DNA of 17,468 nucleotides from Promethearchaeota archaeon (GCA_048939465.1 JBHLPL010000035.1:1-17468); one strand, 5' to 3'; counted from the first letter of the stretch, positions 1-9,079 are shown. Notes: generated by a model from the sequence alone, not told the origin. Numbers and translations: made by a program.

Positions 1-872
1 AATTGATTGATAGCTTTCCACCCAGTGCAATGCATGGGCACTACAAAATCTGGGCCTATCTTCTTCATCTCCTCAATAGTTGGCCCGATGATCGGCTCAA
101 AAATCGGCCCACTGAGGTGAAACCCACCTAAAACTGCGTGAACACTGCTCGTTCGTGCAACCTTCTGGACATGTTTAACCGTATTGATGATGCCAGAATG
201 GGAACATCCACCGATAACTACCAGCCCTCTGCCCTTCACCTTTACTGCTACCCCCTGGTCATCATGAAAGGGATCCACAACCCATTCATCATCGATTTTC
301 GCCTCAGCCCAGGGAAAACCTTTCTCAAAATCCGTTACTCGCTGCACCTCTCCTGAAACCAAGATAAGATCTGAGGCCAGTGTAGAAGCCTCTTTAGCTT
401 TATGAAGTGCCACCCCGCTTTCTTTTAGGGCTGCTTCATCTAACGCAGGAAAGTCGACTATCCTCATATGGGGGACATTGAGGCGGCGCTCAAGAAAAGC
501 GTCCGGATGGAGGATAAGGGGTATTGTTTTTGTGGCACGGTTTAGAAATTCTACTAAAGCTCCAAAATGGTCAAAATGACCGTGGCTTAGAACCACCGAC
601 TCAACTTCGCTCAAGTCTACCTTTAAAACATCTGCGTTGTTAAAGAGACAGGTCGTTGACACACCCGCATCCATTAGCACTACGTGTTCCTCCGAGCCCA
701 TGCTGACTTTGAGAAGACACGATAATCCATGTTCTGCTAAAGGCAGATTCGGAGGGGGAGTCCTTGGCCTCTTGGCGACATCTGTGCTCTGAAGTAAGAG
801 CACGTCAGTGTAATTGTCTACCAAGACTGTGACTTCCAGTTTGTCTGCTTCTTGCAAATTCAGTCCACTCAT
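1..872 (-). CDS. MBL-fold metallo-hydrolase (partial, runs off the left edge)
   Basis: Not in the ORF track because it has no stop in the window. Manual translation from ATG at 872 gives MSGLNLQEADKLEVTVLVDNY...AEHGLS...MDAG...VLSHGHFDHFG...PMHCTGWKAINQ. It has the HxHxDH metal motif and the C-terminal HCTG motif; SD-like GGAGGT at 881-886. Confidence 0.9.
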   Translation of the reverse strand, partial: MSGLNLQEADKLEVTVLVDNYTDVLLLQSTDVAKRPRTPPPNLPLAEHGLSCLLKVSMGSEEHVVLMDAGVSTTCLFNNADVLKVDLSEVESVVLSHGHFDHFGALVEFLNRATKTIPLILHPDAFLERRLNVPHMRIVDFPALDEAALKESGVALHKAKEASTLASDLILVSGEVQRVTDFEKGFPWAEAKIDDEWVVDPFHDDQGVAVKVKGRGLVVIGGCSHSGIINTVKHVQKVARTSSVHAVLGGFHLSGPIFEPIIGPTIEEMKKIGPDFVVPMHCTGWKAINQ

Positions 873-1296
873 CGTGTAGAACCTCCTGATAGATTAGTTG
901 TATGCATACCTATACCAGCTAAATTGTCGAAAGCAGTATTTCAGTTTTCCTTGAGGCCAGTATTAGAAACCATAAGAGCCTTCTTTAAGAGGGGGAAGAG
1001 GATTAAATTTCATCTCTCTCATACGTGTGTGCTAAGAAACCCAGAAAACAGACACAATACAAAAAAATGTAATACAAAAACAGCTGAACAGCAACTGGAA
1101 AACTAGCCAATAAGCTACAAAAACCAGACAAGACTAGAGGAATTGAAAGACTTAAAAAAAGGAATATTCACTTGCTCATTTCTTCTAAATCTTCAGCTAG
1201 TTTCACAGGCCGTTCACGATCTACAGAGACTACTCTGCTTAGCTCGCGCTAATCCAAAATCAAAGTGCGGGGGGTGGGATTCGAACCCACGAAGAC

Positions 1297-1327
1297 CTCG
1301 TCGAAGCCTAGATTATCTATTGCTTCT
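1297..1327 (-). other. tRNA intron at a non-canonical position in the variable loop (31 nt)
   Basis: AGAAGCAATAGATAATCTAGGCTTCGACGAG. Hairpin GAAGC/GCTTC with TAGA/TCTA inside; bulges AG|A and AG|G flank a CGT/ACG helix. The boundary could shift by 1 nt. Confidence 0.8.
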
Positions 1328-1341
1328 CTACGTCACAGGAG

Positions 1342-1371
1342 TTTTGCACTCCAACCGAGATGGCTGGAATA
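1342..1371 (-). other. tRNA intron at canonical position 37/38 (30 nt)
   Basis: TATTCCAGCCATCTCGGTTGGAGTGCAAAA. Internal hairpin ATTCCAGCC/GGTTGGAGT, bulges GGT and AAC, imperfect central helix CUGA/GCAA. Confidence 0.85.
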
Positions 1372-1490
1372 CCTCAGTCCTGCCCCTTAGACCTGGCTCG
1401 GGTACCCCCGCGACAATCTCGAACTAAGTACGAATATGATTTAATCTCGGAGTACTGTTATTCAACTGGAATAATTCTTAGCATTCTCTC

Positions 1491-2126
1491 CTAAATATCT
1501 TTATCAATAGGCAAATGGATGGCGAACTCACAAGAGTCATCGCCGCTGCAAATTGACTTGAGCATCTCGATTTCTTCTATCGGCTTTTCAAGGATGCCCT
1601 CCCAAAGCTGTTTATACCATCCAGCACCACAATAGCAGAAGGTTGGAGAGACCTTTTCTCCGGCTTTGAGAAGAGATTTCATGATTGGACAGTGACAGTA
1701 ACTTAGTCGCTTCTCTTCAGCATTCTTCGCTGCTTTGACTCCTTTGGGATTGTAGGGGATTTTCGTTACATAGATGACATTTCCCTTTCGAACAGGGTAT
1801 TCATACCATGAGAGACCATGCCAGGAAGTGTCCTCATTCATAATGGGAAAGAGAGCATCAATGCTTCCCAGTTCAAGATATTTCTTCCTGAGGAACTTTA
1901 TACGCTTTTTGGGAAAGCGATCAGGGCAACTACACATCATAATGGTCTTTCGATCTTCTTCATCCACAAGAGAATCAAGGCGTTCCATTGCACCTTTAAA
2001 CCATCGAGCTCTTTCCTTTAGTGGTGAATCAGCGTTCAGTTTTTCGCTTCCTTGCATTACCTTCTTTCGAATGGTTTTTCCAACAGATCGATCGAGGTTT
2101 TCAGATAATGATTCTAACCAAGTCAT
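1491..2126 (-). CDS. DUF6144-like protein (Cys-rich C-terminus resembling V4R/ATC-hydrolase-type domains)
   Basis: ORF track 1491..2135. ATG at 2126 is preferred because AGGTG lies 6 nt upstream. Motifs CSC, YCHCP and FCYCGAGWYKQLWEGIL...GDDSCEFAI. Family assigned from memory. Confidence 0.7.
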   Translation of the reverse strand: MTWLESLSENLDRSVGKTIRKKVMQGSEKLNADSPLKERARWFKGAMERLDSLVDEEDRKTIMMCSCPDRFPKKRIKFLRKKYLELGSIDALFPIMNEDTSWHGLSWYEYPVRKGNVIYVTKIPYNPKGVKAAKNAEEKRLSYCHCPIMKSLLKAGEKVSPTFCYCGAGWYKQLWEGILEKPIEEIEMLKSICSGDDSCEFAIHLPIDKDI

Positions 2127-2487
2127 TAACAACACCTTTGAGTACAGCTTCTGGAGCTCACAAGTATCCTTAGAGTTTTTCAGAAGTCGAGAAGATACTT
2201 TTATTATTTAAGATTAACCAATTTTCTCTACGAGTTTGCCAAGTCTTTAATAACCCGTGGCGGTGTGTCAAATCTTGGACAGATGTGTGAGATGTCTAGG
2301 CATTCAGAGCCCGTCTCTCGTCATACCTAGATGATTTTTTGTCCCAGATGCACATCTTTTATTGGACTGCTCATAATGTTTAATAATCATGATGGTCCAT
2401 CTCCTCTCATCGGAGGGGGTCTTCTCATCACACCTCAGATAGTGAAAAACGTTCAAAGCATAGTGAGAGAATTCAAAAGATTGGACG

Positions 2488-3945
2488 GTGTTTATAATCA
2501 AAGAAAAATCGATTAATGCGCGAATACGCGGTGTGTTCTCGACAGCGTTATCAAGATTATTAGTTGACAATGATTTTAGGGTCACTCAGAGTTCAGACGT
2601 AATACTGAAAAGACTGGACTTAGAAGAAGAAGTTAAACCCCCCGAGCTGGAAATCTGGGACCTTCAAGGTAAACAAGGTGTATTCTTAACTGGAAGTATA
2701 GCCGCTGTTAAGAAAGCAGTCTCAATCCTAAAAGATGTATTTCTAGACGTTATAGTACGTTCTTTCATAGCTGAGATAAATGCGATTTACAAGGGAACAG
2801 TGAAGGGGGTAGATTACGAGAGAATGACGTCTTTCGTGGATTTGGGTGATTTTCGTGGTCTTCTGTCAGGAAAAATCCTGGAAGTTGGAAAGAACCTTCT
2901 TGTTAAGATCATCAGACCAGAGAAGGGCAGAAGGGGGGCAATTGTATCGGATGAGATATCAATTCCCGGGAAATTTGCGATTATAATTCCAAACGACGGC
3001 GTTAGGATTAGCAGGAGAATTATGGATGGATCATTAAGGAAAGCACTATATTCCCTTGGCAGGAATATCAAACCGGAAGGATGGGGAATACTATGGCGAA
3101 CAGCAGCAGCCTATCAGGATACGGCAGCACTTACCGAAGAAGTAAACGATCTCAAAGCGAATCTAGAGGATTTGATGCAGAAAGCCGAAGTCACGAAAAA
3201 ACCAACCAAGCTTCTTGACGGATTAACAACTATCGAAGTAGAATTTCCGGCCATTTCTAAGAAAAAGCTGGATGAGATTAGGGAAGGAGTCTCAGCAACA
3301 ATTGCAAATCACCACATGTACAAGGCCGCCGGTCTAGACTTCGCAATTGGTGTGGATCTGGCAGAAAAGCTTATTGCAAGAATTCCGAAGGAGCGGGACC
3401 TAATTAAGGATCAATTCACTGAAATCTTTAGAAGCAAGCTGCCTAAAGTAGGCGAAAAGGTAGCAATTGAACATGTTAAACTCGACGGCCGGGTTATTCA
3501 TCTCTCACCTGGATATGTGGTCGAGTGCGACGCAACGCGGAGTAATTACCTACTGAAAAGATATTTCCGGGGCGGCGGAACTTACGACGGGTTAGAAATA
3601 CCTATGGAAGACGGGGATTACGCGTTGACGAAAATCAGCGAAGGGGAGTGGGCTCTCAGGACAACATATTTCTCTGCCAATAATGAACTCAAGGGTGAGT
3701 ATTATAACATTTCTACTCCAATCGAAATATATCCTGAGAGAATCAGATATGTTGATTTGGAGGCGGATGTAATAAAATGGCCCGATGGTCAAGTGAAGAC
3801 AGTGGATTTGGAGGAATTAAGAGAAGCTACATCCACTGGTGTTATCACGCAAGCCCTTGAGGATCAGGTTGTCTCTCTCATAGAGGATTTAAGAAATAGA
3901 TTGAAAGCTTCCAAAAAAGATGATGAACACAGCATTGAAGGCTAA
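2488..3945 (+). CDS. fau-1: Probable ribonuclease FAU-1 (RNase G/E-like N-terminus plus DUF402 C-terminus)
   Basis: 485 aa. N-terminal ARIRGVFSTALSRLL, RNase E/G-like SxRI...GWGILWRTAA, and DUF402-like GEYYNISTPIEIYPERIRYVDLEADV. Confidence 0.85.
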   Translation: MFIIKEKSINARIRGVFSTALSRLLVDNDFRVTQSSDVILKRLDLEEEVKPPELEIWDLQGKQGVFLTGSIAAVKKAVSILKDVFLDVIVRSFIAEINAIYKGTVKGVDYERMTSFVDLGDFRGLLSGKILEVGKNLLVKIIRPEKGRRGAIVSDEISIPGKFAIIIPNDGVRISRRIMDGSLRKALYSLGRNIKPEGWGILWRTAAAYQDTAALTEEVNDLKANLEDLMQKAEVTKKPTKLLDGLTTIEVEFPAISKKKLDEIREGVSATIANHHMYKAAGLDFAIGVDLAEKLIARIPKERDLIKDQFTEIFRSKLPKVGEKVAIEHVKLDGRVIHLSPGYVVECDATRSNYLLKRYFRGGGTYDGLEIPMEDGDYALTKISEGEWALRTTYFSANNELKGEYYNISTPIEIYPERIRYVDLEADVIKWPDGQVKTVDLEELREATSTGVITQALEDQVVSLIEDLRNRLKASKKDDEHSIEG

Positions 3946-4070
3946 TGAGAAGGCTAGAAGGCTGTCAGCGCCAACAATGTGTTAGAATCCTTGAATCAAA
4001 ACTTTATCACACTTCGCAAAGGTTTAAGTACTTTTGGAGGAAAAGACGGGTTGTTAGGTGGGTGAAAAAG

Positions 4071-4634
4071 GTGTCATCATTTCCACCCCTCGAGCATATT
4101 GCTAAAAAACGAAAAAAGCTCGGATTAACACAAAAGCAGCTGGCTAAGTTGGCAGGAATTAGTCAGTCTCTGATTGCAAAAATAGAATCTAAGAAGATCA
4201 GCCCGTCTTATTTAAAGGTTAAGGCAATCTTCGATGTTTTGGATAGTCTTGAGAGAAAGAATGATCTTCGTGCCAGAGGCATAATGAGCAGCAATGTTGT
4301 TGGCATCGATAAAGATGCACCGGTTTCCAAAGCCATACAGCTAATGCGAGAGCATGATTTTTCTCAGATTCCGGTTTTTGACGGAAGGAAAGTTGTGGGG
4401 AGTATCGAAGAGAAAACGATTCTGAATCAAATTACCAAAATGGGCAATCCAATGGAATTGGTGAACATGCCCATCGAGAGAATAATGGATGAATCATTTC
4501 CCCTTATTGACGAGGGTACGCCGTTGTCGATAATTTTGGCCCTTTTTAAATACTGTTCAGCAGTTCTAGTCTCACGAAAGGGAAGTATAATTGGGATAAT
4601 AACCAAGGCAGATTTGTTCAAAACAGTCGCTTAA
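4071..4634 (+). CDS. Cro/C1-type HTH plus tandem CBS-domain transcriptional regulator
   Basis: In-frame GTG at 4071 after SD-like GGTGGGTGA gives 187 aa. HTH RKKLGLTQKQLAKLAGISQSLIAKIE is followed by a CBS pair (FSQIPV...VVGSI; IIGIITKADL). The track's 3945 start adds an implausible N-terminal extension. Confidence 0.88.
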   Translation: MSSFPPLEHIAKKRKKLGLTQKQLAKLAGISQSLIAKIESKKISPSYLKVKAIFDVLDSLERKNDLRARGIMSSNVVGIDKDAPVSKAIQLMREHDFSQIPVFDGRKVVGSIEEKTILNQITKMGNPMELVNMPIERIMDESFPLIDEGTPLSIILALFKYCSAVLVSRKGSIIGIITKADLFKTVA

Positions 4635-4788
4635 AAGATTCCTGAAAAGAGAAGTCGAGAGCGGAATGCTCGGAATAGCGGCAACGGTGGTGGTATCGGT
4701 GCTCCTAGTATTGGCACTCCAGAGAGACAAGAAAGACAAAGCCAAAGAGGGGACAATATTGCCATAGCCAACTGAAGGGTGTGATTCT

Positions 4789-5856
4789 GTGAAGACCCCC
4801 AATCATCCTCAAGAGACGAAGCTTCCTGTTCTAGTCCTATCGATCCTTTTAGCGTTTGTCTTTACAGTGGCCCTGACTTTTGCCACAATAGAGATCCCCC
4901 GAATACTGTCAATACTGTTGGCAGAGTGGGGGGGTCCGGATGTTAACCCAGGAACGCCTGCCGCGGAGGAATTCATGAAAATAGCAAGGCCGATAGGCTA
5001 CGCTTGCCTTGCGATCGTCATAGTCTTGATAATAATGGGCTTCATTGTAAAGAGAAAGAATTTATCGACGTTGGGAGCCGTATTCTTCTTCTTGCCAACT
5101 TTCGGCTACTTTGCAGCTTCTATGTTTTTTCTTGCCGGCTTAGGAATACTGCGGATCACGTGGACGCCATTCTGGGAAATCAATCTCCTCAAACTAGGAG
5201 ACATCGTCTTCCTGCCATATATGATTCTAACTTATTTATTTGCTCTCGTAGGCCTAGATATTAGGGATGTTCTGGTACTTTCAGTCATGGGGTTAGGCTT
5301 CTTCATATTCCTACTAGGCACAATAGCGTGGTTTTACGGAAAAGTAGAGAAAAAAGAGACAGTCAGCTTCTGGATATACAAGTATTCAAGACACCCTCAG
5401 TACCTCGGTTACATCGTCTGGAGTTACGGAGTCATGTTACATGCTTCTCTAATTCCATTCCCCTTTGGAGGTTCAAATCCCGGAGCTAGCCTGCCTTGGT
5501 TGATCTCGACACTTATCGTGGTTTGCATTGCGTTGGCTGAGGAAAATACTATGAGTAAAAAAGACAGGGACACCTATCTGAAATACAAAGAAAGCGTTCC
5601 GTTCATGTTCCCTGTCCCCAAGTTCGTAACCTCCTTAGTAACGGCTCCAATCAGAATCATGTTTGGAAAAAACTGGCCAGAAAACGGAAAGGAGATAGTC
5701 GGCACTTTCACGATCTATTTTCTAATATTCGGCTTGTTGTCACTACCGTTTGCCGTCCTGAACTGGCCTCCAGGCCAGTGGTGGGGATTGTGGCCCTACA
5801 ATGTATGGCCATTCAGTACCCAACCAGGCCTTGGCCCGATCTTCATCCCAAGCTGA
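4789..5856 (+). CDS. Isoprenylcysteine carboxyl methyltransferase (ICMT/Ste14/PEMT)-like integral membrane protein
   Basis: 355 aa with many hydrophobic segments. Family motif IYKYSRHPQYLG followed by EE...Y..Y...VP. Confidence 0.75.
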   Translation: MKTPNHPQETKLPVLVLSILLAFVFTVALTFATIEIPRILSILLAEWGGPDVNPGTPAAEEFMKIARPIGYACLAIVIVLIIMGFIVKRKNLSTLGAVFFFLPTFGYFAASMFFLAGLGILRITWTPFWEINLLKLGDIVFLPYMILTYLFALVGLDIRDVLVLSVMGLGFFIFLLGTIAWFYGKVEKKETVSFWIYKYSRHPQYLGYIVWSYGVMLHASLIPFPFGGSNPGASLPWLISTLIVVCIALAEENTMSKKDRDTYLKYKESVPFMFPVPKFVTSLVTAPIRIMFGKNWPENGKEIVGTFTIYFLIFGLLSLPFAVLNWPPGQWWGLWPYNVWPFSTQPGLGPIFIPS

Positions 5857-5924
5857 TTGTGTAGAAGCGAACTGAAATGCGCCTTAAGGGTCTTCTTACA
5901 TGAAAATTGATCCTGTTTACTGCC

Positions 5925-5959
5925 GTGAACCACTCCACCCTTTCGGATGGGGTCTTCCT
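5925..5959 (-). mobile_element. Isolated IS200/IS605-type right-end remnant
   Basis: Minus strand AGGAAGACCCCATCC-GAAA-GGGTGGAGTGGTTCAC: subterminal hairpin, GAAG at its foot, TCAC terminus. Closely similar to 13438-13469. Confidence 0.7.
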
Positions 5960-5988
5960 ACGGAGAGGAAGATGAAATATATTGAGAA

Positions 5989-6711
5989 TTACTTCCGTTT
6001 TCGTCTGCCGGTTCTCTTGGCAGCGATGAGACCAACTTTTGCTCCAGGGGGCGCATTCCTGGATACCGTGTAGGATTTGCCAGGTCCTTGTTTCGCCCCG
6101 CCCCCGTGAGGATGACTAGCAGCAACCATAGCTACGCCTCGGACGGTAGGATATTTCCAGCCTTTTGAGCGGGCTAAATGATGTTTTTTGCCCGCTTTTA
6201 AGAAGGGTTTTTCAGGACGTCCTCCACCGGCTACTACTCCAATCGTGGCTCTACAGGCCGGATCGAACGGCTTCATTGCACCAGAGGGCAGTTTTATGAT
6301 AACCTTATCCTGAGCGCGGGAGATCAGCGTAGCGTAAGTACCAGAAGACCGTACAAGTTTTCCTCCGTCCGATGGCGTGCGCTCGATGTTGAACACTGGG
6401 GTTCCCTCAGGTATGTATTCCAGAGGCAGTGAGTTTCCGGGAGTTATCGGTACATTTGAACCGTATGATATTGTCTGACCTACTGCGATCCCTTCAGGGG
6501 CGATGATTAACTGTTCTATGCCATTTTCAAATTTTACTCTCGCAAGAGGGGCTCCTCGTCCGGGATCGTGTAATAGCTCAATTACGACACCAGAAATAGC
6601 TTCATCCTTTTTTGTCAATAGATGTTTGGCTTCACCCTTTCGTTTGTGCGATGGTGCACGAAACTGCCTACTGCCACGTCCTCTTCTTTGGGCCAGAATG
6701 CGTTTACCCAT
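5989..6711 (-). CDS. rpl2: 50S ribosomal protein uL2
   Basis: MGKRILAQRRGRG, HDPGRGAPLA, RSSGTYA, HPHGGG motifs; SD-like GAGGAG upstream. Confidence 0.98.
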   Translation of the reverse strand: MGKRILAQRRGRGSRQFRAPSHKRKGEAKHLLTKKDEAISGVVIELLHDPGRGAPLARVKFENGIEQLIIAPEGIAVGQTISYGSNVPITPGNSLPLEYIPEGTPVFNIERTPSDGGKLVRSSGTYATLISRAQDKVIIKLPSGAMKPFDPACRATIGVVAGGGRPEKPFLKAGKKHHLARSKGWKYPTVRGVAMVAASHPHGGGAKQGPGKSYTVSRNAPPGAKVGLIAAKRTGRRKRK

Positions 6712-6739
6712 ATCTTCATTCTCCTCTAATCATTAATCA

Positions 6740-7000
6740 TTAGAACATACCTAATTTGGTAGCTACATCAGCAGCACTATGTTCTGAAGTAAGGCGAACA
6801 TATGCCTTTTTCTTTCCATTTGGAAGGATAAGCGTATTTACCTTTTCTACTTCAACCTCATAAAGCAGTTCGACAGCCCGCCTAATTGTTATTCGATTTG
6901 CTTCACGAGCTACCATAAAAGTTATTTTGTTCTCTTTTTCGATTAATTCAAGAGCTGTTTCAGTTGTTACAGGCCGAATAATGATTTTATGCGGGTCCAT
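6740..7000 (-). CDS. rpl23: 50S ribosomal protein uL23
   Basis: IIIRPVTTE...KKAYVRL; 86 aa; lies between uL4 and uL2. Confidence 0.97.
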   Translation of the reverse strand: MDPHKIIIRPVTTETALELIEKENKITFMVAREANRITIRRAVELLYEVEVEKVNTLILPNGKKKAYVRLTSEHSAADVATKLGMF

Positions 7001-7024
7001 AGAGTTTCGCCCTCCTATCGTATC

Positions 7025-7810
7025 CTAGAGAGGTAGTTCATTCAGTTGCTGAATAGCGGATTTGGTCCAAACAGTTAACCTTCCAGCATGAATGCCCGGA
7101 GCAAGTAGCTCGGCATTTAGATTCTTAACATTCACAATATCTAGTCCTGGGTGATTTGCAGCAGCTTTGAGAATGCCTTGATCATCTGTTATAACCAGTA
7201 ACGGTCCTTTGGGTCTTTTGTATTTTCTTCCCCGCATTTTTCCTTTTCCCGCTCTTATTTTTCTCCCCTGCTTAGCCCGTTCAACGTCAGGCCAGACACC
7301 AAGACTTTGAAGAACATCCTTGGTTTCTTTTGTGGTTGCCAAGCCCTGGATTTCATCAACCACAACCAGCGGAAACTCAGGAACATCTTCAATCGCGTGC
7401 CCTCTGTCTCTAACCAGATCAATATTGGCTGTAGCAGCAATAGCTGAGCGAATCGCCAAACGCCTTTCTTTCTTGTTGATCTTCTCACGCAGTCTTTTTT
7501 CCGCCCTTGGAGGATGAGCGACCCTTCCTCCAACTGTCATCGGCGCGAAAGCTGCTCGCTGAGCCGCGCGATATCCGTGACCCTTCGTACGAGGGACCCT
7601 AGCTATCCCCCTACCAGTTCCCAAATTTTCGGCCGTAGTCCTTTTTCCAGCCAATTTGTTGGTTCCGTGGGGTTGGTAGCGGGCCGACTGCGCAGCTATG
7701 ACAGCCCTTTTGATCATGTCGGGCCTATAAGGAGTCTGAAAAACTTCCGGCAGTTTTATCTTTCCTTCTTTCTTCCCCTTCAAAGTGTGAACATTAGCAT
7801 TTTTGACCAT
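7025..7810 (-). CDS. rpl4: 50S ribosomal protein uL4
   Basis: YRPDMIKRAV, GRGIARVPR, RAGKGKMRGR, LLAPG...GRLTVWT motifs; GGAGG SD. Confidence 0.98.
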   Translation of the reverse strand: MVKNANVHTLKGKKEGKIKLPEVFQTPYRPDMIKRAVIAAQSARYQPHGTNKLAGKRTTAENLGTGRGIARVPRTKGHGYRAAQRAAFAPMTVGGRVAHPPRAEKRLREKINKKERRLAIRSAIAATANIDLVRDRGHAIEDVPEFPLVVVDEIQGLATTKETKDVLQSLGVWPDVERAKQGRKIRAGKGKMRGRKYKRPKGPLLVITDDQGILKAAANHPGLDIVNVKNLNAELLAPGIHAGRLTVWTKSAIQQLNELPL

Positions 7811-7822
7811 TTCAATCTCCTC

Positions 7823-8827
7823 CTACCTGCCCTGCTTGCTGGAAGTAGAGACTATGCTGATTTCAGGTGGTTTTTCGGCAACCTCCGCTGTTGGCCGAAT
7901 CGGGTATCTCAACCGAATGAGTCGCTTCACCTGCCCAGGAAGCGTCCCTTCAATAATGACATAAGGTCCCTTTATTATACCATACCGTAGAAAACCACCA
8001 GCAGGAGAAATCTCCCTGCCATCTTCTCCAATCTTTAGGATGCGTTTGTTGACCTCTACACGTTGATGGTAACCCATTTGCCCTGCTCTTGGCACCGAGT
8101 ATTTAACTCTCGCAGGATGCCACGGACCTATGGCTCCGACTCCTCGCTTGGTCTTGCGTGACTTAGGGGGAAGAAGCCTGATTCCCCATCGTTTTACAGG
8201 TCCTTGAAAACCCTTTCCTTTGGTTACCGCGATAGCATCAACGTAATTGCCCTCTTTCAAAACGTCCCTTATCTTCACTTCTTTTCCCAGTAAAGTCTTG
8301 ATGTATTCAAATCGTTCTTCAACCGACCCTCCCCCGACCATGTTTTCAAATACTGCAGGTTTTTTGCTTGGTACAGCTGCTAGACGAGGCTGAGTATGCA
8401 TTATTACTCTAATCTCTTCGAGTCCATTAAGATTCTCGCTCATCTTTTCCAAAGCACCATCACTGTCGTACTCTTTTGGCACAGGAAAAGTTCGTTTAAG
8501 ATCAGCGCTCAGCTCTGGTGCCCAAGCCTCTCCCACGGTCTTCAAGCCATATTGGGTTCTTTTGTATCCTTTGATTCCGCAGACAGTTAAGGGTGGAGAG
8601 TCAAGAACGGTAACCGCATATATCAATTCGTGGCCATAATACGGGCTTTGAGGACGTTCATCCACCAGTACAATGTGTGTCATACCAGCCTTATACCCAG
8701 CGAAACCGAGTATAGTGGGCTCCCCGTCGTACTCCGGCCAATTTCGAATACGTCCTACAGGTCTTGCGGCCCTACCTCTAGGCAAGTAGGCTAGACTTCC
8801 ACTTTTGGGGCGGTGTTTTCGAGGCAT
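7823..8827 (-). CDS. rpl3: 50S ribosomal protein uL3
   Basis: GSLAYLPR, GFAGYKAGMTH, TKGKGFQGPVKRWG, PRAGQMGYHQR motifs; GGAGGT SD. Confidence 0.98.
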   Translation of the reverse strand: MPRKHRPKSGSLAYLPRGRAARPVGRIRNWPEYDGEPTILGFAGYKAGMTHIVLVDERPQSPYYGHELIYAVTVLDSPPLTVCGIKGYKRTQYGLKTVGEAWAPELSADLKRTFPVPKEYDSDGALEKMSENLNGLEEIRVIMHTQPRLAAVPSKKPAVFENMVGGGSVEERFEYIKTLLGKEVKIRDVLKEGNYVDAIAVTKGKGFQGPVKRWGIRLLPPKSRKTKRGVGAIGPWHPARVKYSVPRAGQMGYHQRVEVNKRILKIGEDGREISPAGGFLRYGIIKGPYVIIEGTLPGQVKRLIRLRYPIRPTAEVAEKPPEISIVSTSSKQGR

Positions 8828-9079
8828 TCATAGACCTCCTTTTTGTGAAGCGTCATACTACAAAGATGGTTTGGCCATAATTTAGTCACTAAGGGCTTTT
8901 CACAATAACAGATTTAGTACGTGAGGGTTTCAAATGTAGGAACACCTTATTAACATTATGCCTAGGCACCACAACTTAGCACATCTTTTCTCCATCTCTC
9001 AAGCGAACATTCTTTAAAGATTTTATGAGTCCTTATATTATCCATATCCGATAAAGAACTCCCAGGGTGAGAGAAGTTG

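Larger units (their letters stand above)
1266..1411 (-). tRNA. tRNA-Leu(GAG) with two introns (1342-1371 at 37/38; 1297-1327 in the variable arm)
   Basis: Minus strand: acceptor GCGGGGG/CCCCCGC plus discriminator A, anticodon stem CAGGA/TCCTG, anticodon GAG at 1375-1373, T arm GTGGG-TTCGAAT-CCCAC. Removing 30 nt and 31 nt gives a normal type-II tRNA-Leu with variable arm GAC-GTAG-GTC. No CCA encoded. Confidence 0.92.

Noticed and set aside
1003-1179. 58-codon hydrophobic minus-strand ORF with in-frame TGA at codon 4 (possible Sec readthrough or small membrane peptide)
   Set aside because: The strand is very T-rich downstream of tRNA-Leu, which alone produces hydrophobic translations. There is no selenoprotein motif or SECIS.
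1143-1427. 94-aa plus-strand ORF
   Set aside because: It is the antisense read of tRNA-Leu (GGWDSNPR is the typical tRNA shadow translation).
3945-4070. N-terminal extension of the HTH-CBS ORF
   Set aside because: It is low-plausibility basic sequence containing TATA-like and SD elements; GTG 4071 gives a normal-length protein.
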